A DNA stretch of 64,000 bases, taken from NCBI GenBank assembly GCA_037190845.1, contig JBBCJI010000024.1, positions 27,455-91,454 on the forward strand, given 5' to 3'. How positions within the stretch are numbered: position 1 is the first letter of the stretch; the number at the start of each line of letters is the position of its first letter. Below the pieces are notes generated by a model, which did not search any database, had not been told where the DNA came from, and was given only the letters and a program-made list of their open reading frames with translations. Below are positions 58,745 to 64,000 of the stretch, in pieces. Made by a program: the position numbers and the translations under genes. The stretch is from Flavipsychrobacter sp. GTDB lineage: Bacteria > Bacteroidota > Bacteroidia > Chitinophagales > Chitinophagaceae.

Positions 58745-61096
58745 ATGCAGGACGAGCACAAAAAGAGCAAACGGACATGGCGCCGGGCACTGGTTGTTTT
58801 ACTGGCGCCCGTGCTGCTTTTTCTGCTGCTACATATGGTCTTTCCCCTGCAAGTGGATGTCGTCTATGCGCCGGTGATATACGATAGGAATGGAGTTGTA
58901 CTGCATACTTACATGACGCCGGATCAGCAATGGAGGATCAAGACCCGTCCGGATGACGTTACAGCCCGTCTGAAGCAAACGATTCTTTTTAAGGAAGATC
59001 GCTATTTCTATTATCATTTCGGAGTCAACCCGGCGGCAATGGTCAGAGCTGCATTCAATAATATCAGAAAAGGGCGCAGGACCTCCGGCGCTTCGACCAT
59101 TTCCATGCAGGTGGCGCGTATGCTGGACCGGAAACCGAGGACGTATTTCAACAAGGTGAAGGAAATGTTTCGCGCGGTACAACTGGAGCTGCAGTTTTCG
59201 AAAGATGAGATCCTGCAATTGTATCTGAACCTGGTTCCCTATGGATCCAATATACAGGGCGTGAAGGCCGCTTCTTTGCTGTATTTTGAAAAATCTCCGG
59301 ACCAGTTGTCGCTTGCGGAGATCACGGCCCTGAGCATTATTCCCAACAGGCCGAATTCGCTGGTGCCGGGCAGAAGTAATGCCCTGATCGTGCAGGAACG
59401 GAATAAATGGCTGCAGCGGATCCGGACGGCGGCTTTATTCAGTGATGAGCTGATCAACGATGCACTCGAAGAACCATTGACGGCTTTTCGGCGGCCGGCG
59501 CCGGCTATAGCTCCTCAGTTTTGTTGCCGGTTGCGCCGGATGTTCCCTTCTGTAGATGAGATTCATACTACGCTGGATGCTGTCGTGCAGATGAAGGCCG
59601 AGGAGATCACCCGCTCTTATTGCGATCATCTGAAACTGCAGGGCATTCACAATGCTGCCGTGCTGATCAGCGACACCCGAACCCGTCAGGTAATCGCATA
59701 TATAGGTTCTCCGGATTTTCACGATACGGCTCACCATGGTCAGGTCGACGGGGTGCGCGGCCTACGCTCTCCGGGCAGTGCACTGAAGCCACTGTTGTAC
59801 GGGCTTGCATTCGACCTGGGGCATCTGACACCGGCTACGATACTGGCAGATGTTCCTTTGAATATTAAGGGCTATGCGCCGGAAAATTATGATCTGGGAT
59901 ACAGGGGAGCGGTTACCGCAGGGGATGCCTTGCGGCAGTCGCTTAATATACCGGCGGTCAAAATGCTCAATGTGGTGGGCGTTCCGCTGTTCTCAGGGCG
60001 GCTGGCAGAAGCGGGGTTTTCTTCCATAAAAAAGAACCGTAAGCAGCTTGGTCTTTCCATGATTCTGGGCGGATGCGAAGTACGGCTTGATGAGATGACC
60101 GCTATGTATGCCGCTTTTGCCAATCAGGGATATTATCTGCCTTTGCAGTTCGTGCTTCCGGAATCTTTGCCGTCAAGCAGAAAGGATGGCAGCAGATACG
60201 GTGATCCCGATACTGCAGGTATCCCTCTGCTTACGCCCGGTGCCAGTTATATGCTTACCGGTATCCTCAGGGAGCTACATCGTCCGGATCTGCCTCATCT
60301 GCATCGCCAGGCGGCGGGTATTCCGCGTATCGCCTGGAAGACCGGTACTTCCTATGGCCGCCGCGATGCCTGGAGCATTGGCTACAACCGGCATTATACG
60401 ATAGGCGTCTGGGCGGGCAATTTTAACGGTATGGGGGCGGCGACTTTGAATGGCGCAGAGACGGCAACGCCTTTGTTGTTCCTGCTTTTCAATGCACTGG
60501 ACCGGAATGCGGTGCAGGAATGGGAACCGGCGCCCGGAAATGTTTCCTTCCGTATGGTATGCCCAAAGACGGGTAGTCCTCCCGCCGCGGAATGTGAGGA
60601 TCTGATTGCTGATTGCTACATACCCGGTGTTTCTCCGGCGTCTTTATGCGTACACTCGCGGGAAGTCTGGATTTCTGCCGCCGGCGATTTTTCCTATTGC
60701 ACATCCTGTCTCCCGCAGACGGGATACCGTACCCGGATGTATCCGAACATTGCACCTGATCTCGCAGGGTGGCTGGAATCTTCTCATGCTGATTACGAAA
60801 AAATTCCGCCACACAATCCGGAGTGCAGCCGTATACTTGACGGCCATGCGCCTGTGATCACCTCCCTCCAAAACGGTATGACCTACCTGCTGCCCGATCC
60901 TGCTGCGAAACTCTTACTCACCTGTAATGTGGCCAATGATGTACATGAGGTTTTCTGGTATGCCAATGACCGGTTTGTGGGCAAGGGCAGGGCGGGGGAG
61001 ACACTTAGTCTGTTGCCGGATACTCATGAGATCAAGATATCCTGTACGGATGACAAGGGACGGAATACGGATATACATATTAAGGTAAAGAAGTAA
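58745..61096 (+). CDS. pbpC: Penicillin-binding protein 1C (transglycosylase/transpeptidase)
   Basis: N-terminal TM helix, GT51 motifs (EDRYFYYHFGVNP, RKGRRTSGASTISMQVAR), transpeptidase SxxK-type region (GSALKP) and the C-terminal PBP1C-specific domain. Confidence 0.88.
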   Translation: MQDEHKKSKRTWRRALVVLLAPVLLFLLLHMVFPLQVDVVYAPVIYDRNGVVLHTYMTPDQQWRIKTRPDDVTARLKQTILFKEDRYFYYHFGVNPAAMVRAAFNNIRKGRRTSGASTISMQVARMLDRKPRTYFNKVKEMFRAVQLELQFSKDEILQLYLNLVPYGSNIQGVKAASLLYFEKSPDQLSLAEITALSIIPNRPNSLVPGRSNALIVQERNKWLQRIRTAALFSDELINDALEEPLTAFRRPAPAIAPQFCCRLRRMFPSVDEIHTTLDAVVQMKAEEITRSYCDHLKLQGIHNAAVLISDTRTRQVIAYIGSPDFHDTAHHGQVDGVRGLRSPGSALKPLLYGLAFDLGHLTPATILADVPLNIKGYAPENYDLGYRGAVTAGDALRQSLNIPAVKMLNVVGVPLFSGRLAEAGFSSIKKNRKQLGLSMILGGCEVRLDEMTAMYAAFANQGYYLPLQFVLPESLPSSRKDGSRYGDPDTAGIPLLTPGASYMLTGILRELHRPDLPHLHRQAAGIPRIAWKTGTSYGRRDAWSIGYNRHYTIGVWAGNFNGMGAATLNGAETATPLLFLLFNALDRNAVQEWEPAPGNVSFRMVCPKTGSPPAAECEDLIADCYIPGVSPASLCVHSREVWISAAGDFSYCTSCLPQTGYRTRMYPNIAPDLAGWLESSHADYEKIPPHNPECSRILDGHAPVITSLQNGMTYLLPDPAAKLLLTCNVANDVHEVFWYANDRFVGKGRAGETLSLLPDTHEIKISCTDDKGRNTDIHIKVKK

Positions 61097-61373
61097 AAGA
61101 TCTTAATGCCCGGGGGACTTCACGATGTTACAGGTTGATAACATGAAACACGTTGTTTTATAACCGTCGCAGCTTTTCAAATTGCTGGCAAGCTAACTGT
61201 GCGGCAACAGGTCAATTATTTTTGATGGTGAATTTGCGCTATAAATGTTGATATGTTTTATCTATTTTTGCCGGCCAACAGATTGAGATGAAAAAAATAG
61301 ACAGCACTTATTTCGTCTCATGGTAATAGACTGATGTTTTTACTTTTATTTTTTTACTCGTTAATTTCTTAAG

Positions 61374-62153
61374 ATGATTAAACACTTCTTCTCGCTTATT
61401 TTTATTGCATCAGCGCTGATGATATTACCAACTGCCTGTCAGAAGAGCCAATCCCCCGATCCGGGTACGGGCAGTACCGCAGGGAACAATAATAACAATA
61501 ATAATAACCCCGGCGGCGGTGGAAACAACAATCCTGGTGGCGGGAATAATAATGGTAATAACCCTGGCGGTGGCGGAAATCCCGGTGGTAGTGATACCAT
61601 CGGTACGGTATATTTTCGTGCTACGATTAATGGGACAAAAATGCAATGGTCCGATGCTGAATTCCCATTCAGAACTGCTATGAGCCGGCTTCCGGCTGCT
61701 AACGTATCAGACTTATGTAATAATATAAATGCAAAGGTTACTGCAGGGTTTACGTTTTGGGAAACCTATCGGAGGGAGGACGTTTTCGGGATAGATTTTA
61801 CAGGTTGTTCCAACCTTCGTTATACCTATACGTTCGGGGGGAATTGTGAGGAGGCGCTGGATTGGCTTGAGCGGGTAAGAACCCTGCCCACTTACGGATC
61901 AGAAACTACCGAAGGCGCCTATTTGGAGTTGGTGCTACCCACTACCAAAGAAAAGTATATCACTACCTCCAATGGCGGAACGGTCAGCATCACAAAGGTG
62001 GAAGTAATCGGAACTGGATCTTCTTACGATGATCCAAAGTATATGATCACCGGTACGTTTAAAGGAGAACTTCAACCGTTTTCTCCCGGAGATGATCGGA
62101 TTATGGTGAATGACGGGGAGTTTCGTGTCTATATTGGCGCATGTGTTGATTAG
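61374..62153 (+). CDS. Lipoprotein with poly-Asn/Gly linker
   Basis: Lipobox LPTAC, N9/G-rich linker, then a beta domain ending RVYIGACVD. It is paralogous to 62229..62951. Confidence 0.7.
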   Translation: MIKHFFSLIFIASALMILPTACQKSQSPDPGTGSTAGNNNNNNNNPGGGGNNNPGGGNNNGNNPGGGGNPGGSDTIGTVYFRATINGTKMQWSDAEFPFRTAMSRLPAANVSDLCNNINAKVTAGFTFWETYRREDVFGIDFTGCSNLRYTYTFGGNCEEALDWLERVRTLPTYGSETTEGAYLELVLPTTKEKYITTSNGGTVSITKVEVIGTGSSYDDPKYMITGTFKGELQPFSPGDDRIMVNDGEFRVYIGACVD

Positions 62154-62228
62154 CAGCAAGAGCTGCTTTATGTATAAAGCAGCATGTCTTTCTAATTTTA
62201 ACCTTTTGATCGCCGGATAATTTAAAAT

Positions 62229-62951
62229 ATGAAAATGAAAAAAACGCTTTTAGCATTATCGTTGCTTGCCACCACTGTACTGACTTTGCCGGTTTCCTGC
62301 AAGAAGGATAAAAATCCGACCCCCACTAACCAGGGCCAGCAGGGAAACAATAACAACAACAATAATAATAACAACGGTAACAACAATAACAGTGGTGGAT
62401 ATTCCAACAGTACCTTGTACTTCCGTGGGACTGTGAATGGAGCAAAGACGGAGTGGAGTCAGGGCAGTTTATCCTATCGCCTTAAAATAAGAGGAGGGGG
62501 CTCCGAATCTGCCTGTGGTAATGGCACAAAAGAGATGATGACTGCCGGGTTTGTCCTGGAGACCTTTTCTCAGGAGGATCGGTTTTATATATCCTTCACG
62601 GGTTGCTCTGATCTGGATGTTACGGAAGATTACTTTGGTAATTGTGACCGTGGTCTGGATTGGCTGGAACGGGAGACTTCTTTCCCCGTACAATCGTCTG
62701 ATTATGCGCAGGGCGCGTATATAAAATTCAAACTTCCGGCTAACGGAAATACGTACTCTACGGACGGAGGGAGCGGAACAGTTACGTTTACCAGGGTGGA
62801 GCTGCATGGGACCGGAACTTATAGTGATCCCAGGTATGTTGTGACCGGAACCTTCAGTGGCACGCTTGTAAATCCTGATGATCCGGCGGATAAGATTGAG
62901 ATCAAGGACGGAACATTCCGGGTGTATTTAGGCGTTTGTGTCCTTTTTTAA
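62229..62951 (+). CDS. Lipoprotein with poly-Asn linker (paralog)
   Basis: Lipobox LPVSC, a run of N10GN4, and shared motifs GLDWLER, TGTF and FRVYLGVCV. Confidence 0.7.
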   Translation: MKMKKTLLALSLLATTVLTLPVSCKKDKNPTPTNQGQQGNNNNNNNNNNGNNNNSGGYSNSTLYFRGTVNGAKTEWSQGSLSYRLKIRGGGSESACGNGTKEMMTAGFVLETFSQEDRFYISFTGCSDLDVTEDYFGNCDRGLDWLERETSFPVQSSDYAQGAYIKFKLPANGNTYSTDGGSGTVTFTRVELHGTGTYSDPRYVVTGTFSGTLVNPDDPADKIEIKDGTFRVYLGVCVLF

Positions 62952-63290
62952 GGTTGTTAACACCATCCCTGACAAATCTGCAATACAATTCGAGATGAAG
63001 TGGATACTGATTAGATTATTGTTTCCATTTTTCTCCTTTCCTTTTCCGGAGAAAATGCAGTTGTACGGGATAATATGGGGGTTCCCGGTCCTTTAGCATT
63101 TGAACGGACAAGCTTCAAACTGGTATGGTCGGACAGCCCCCATGACAACTATTATATACAGGAATACTATTTCATGGGGATTTTTAGCATGTATTTGAAT
63201 TGCGTGCATGCAACAGGCCTCTTTGTACCGGGAATTTCAATAATTTTGAGCGGAATTATCAAACACTGAATTTTCAATAAATAACCTGAT

Positions 63291-63836
63291 ATGTCTGAAA
63301 CATCATCCTCTGCACAGAATGGGCAGAAGCAAATAAAACCGATCGCTCCGGAAGTAAATGAACTGGTGGCACGATGCAAGTCGGTGATCCTCGGTACGGT
63401 AGATGCCGCAGGGACCCCCAACGCAAGCTATGCTCCTTTTACACGTATTGGCAATAAGTTTTACATCCTGGTTTCTTTTATGGCCCGCCATACGAAAAAC
63501 CTCAGGGATCAGAAGAAAGCTTCCGTCATGTTTATAGACGACGAGTCGGCATCCAAACAAATTTATGCCCGCGACCGACTTACCATTGATGCCGCTACAT
63601 CGCAGATCGAAAGGGATACACCAGAGTGGGGCCTTGCTGTGGAAAAGCTCAAAGAAGCACATGGTAAGGTGCTGGATGTGCTGGTAGGTATGGATGACTT
63701 TATCATGATAGAGCTCAGCCCGCTGAAAGGCGCCTATGTGAATGGTTTCGGTAGTGCTTATTTTGTAGATGAACAGCTGGAAATCATGCAGCATAGAAAC
63801 GATACAGGGCACACTGTGCGGGATAATAAATCCTGA
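63291..63836 (+). CDS. Pyridoxamine-5'-phosphate-oxidase-like FMN-binding split-barrel protein (HugZ/PNPOx family)
   Basis: ARCKSVILGTVDAAGTPNASYAPF is the PNPOx-like N-terminal signature; 181 aa. Confidence 0.65.
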   Translation: MSETSSSAQNGQKQIKPIAPEVNELVARCKSVILGTVDAAGTPNASYAPFTRIGNKFYILVSFMARHTKNLRDQKKASVMFIDDESASKQIYARDRLTIDAATSQIERDTPEWGLAVEKLKEAHGKVLDVLVGMDDFIMIELSPLKGAYVNGFGSAYFVDEQLEIMQHRNDTGHTVRDNKS

Positions 63837-64000
63837 ACCTGGTCATAAAGATGTACTATCTCTACGGGTTACCTGCCAACCAGTGGAGATAGTATGGCGA
63901 TTGGAATTAATTACTGCTGCTTCAGGTCTGCTGTACACGTATCTTTTCATCCTGATACAACTACCGGTCGCGTAGCATTATCGCTGTTTTTATTCCTTCA

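Noticed and set aside
63303-63812. 169-aa minus-strand ORF
   Set aside because: It is antisense to the PNPOx-like gene, which has a clear family signature.

Overview
The window looks like a Bacteroidota chromosome (Chitinophaga/Sphingobacteriia-like). That inference rests on Bacteroidetes-style promoter boxes, many T9SS C-terminal sorting domains, a TonB-dependent receptor and an alpha-2-macroglobulin/PBP1C pair. Positions 1-37.9 kb and 53-64 kb are ordinary roughly 50% GC housekeeping and accessory genes. They include katG, a TonB receptor, a PQQ-dependent sugar dehydrogenase, an ArsR/AHSA1/DoxX cluster, T9SS cargo proteins, an AraC regulator, a DUF2157/DUF4401/GDYXXLXY operon, a frameshifted dinD-like gene, PhyH paralogs, a PspA-YqiJ-flotillin operon ending in a 1609-aa multi-domain AAA protein, A2M-PbpC and tandem poly-Asn lipoproteins. 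Positions 37.9-53 kb are a composite accessory region with sharply lower GC in places. It sits immediately 3' of the giant AAA gene and contains (i) an AT-rich three-gene operon ending in an OLD-family (ABC-ATPase + TOPRIM) nuclease, (ii) two copies of a roughly 1.3-kb module (HEPN-like ORF, ParE/ParD, a degenerate copy of the giant gene's 3' end, and a small membrane protein), and (iii) between those copies an AT-rich cluster with a membrane-anchored SF2 helicase and secreted/lipoproteins. Four degenerate copies of the last ~120 nt of the giant gene are scattered through this region, which suggests serial site-specific insertions at that gene's 3' end. No integrase, transposase, CRISPR array, tRNA or rRNA was recognised. 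Coordinates are from the supplied ORF track, trimmed to internal Met where a signal peptide made that obvious. All function calls rest on motif recognition by eye, not on database searches.
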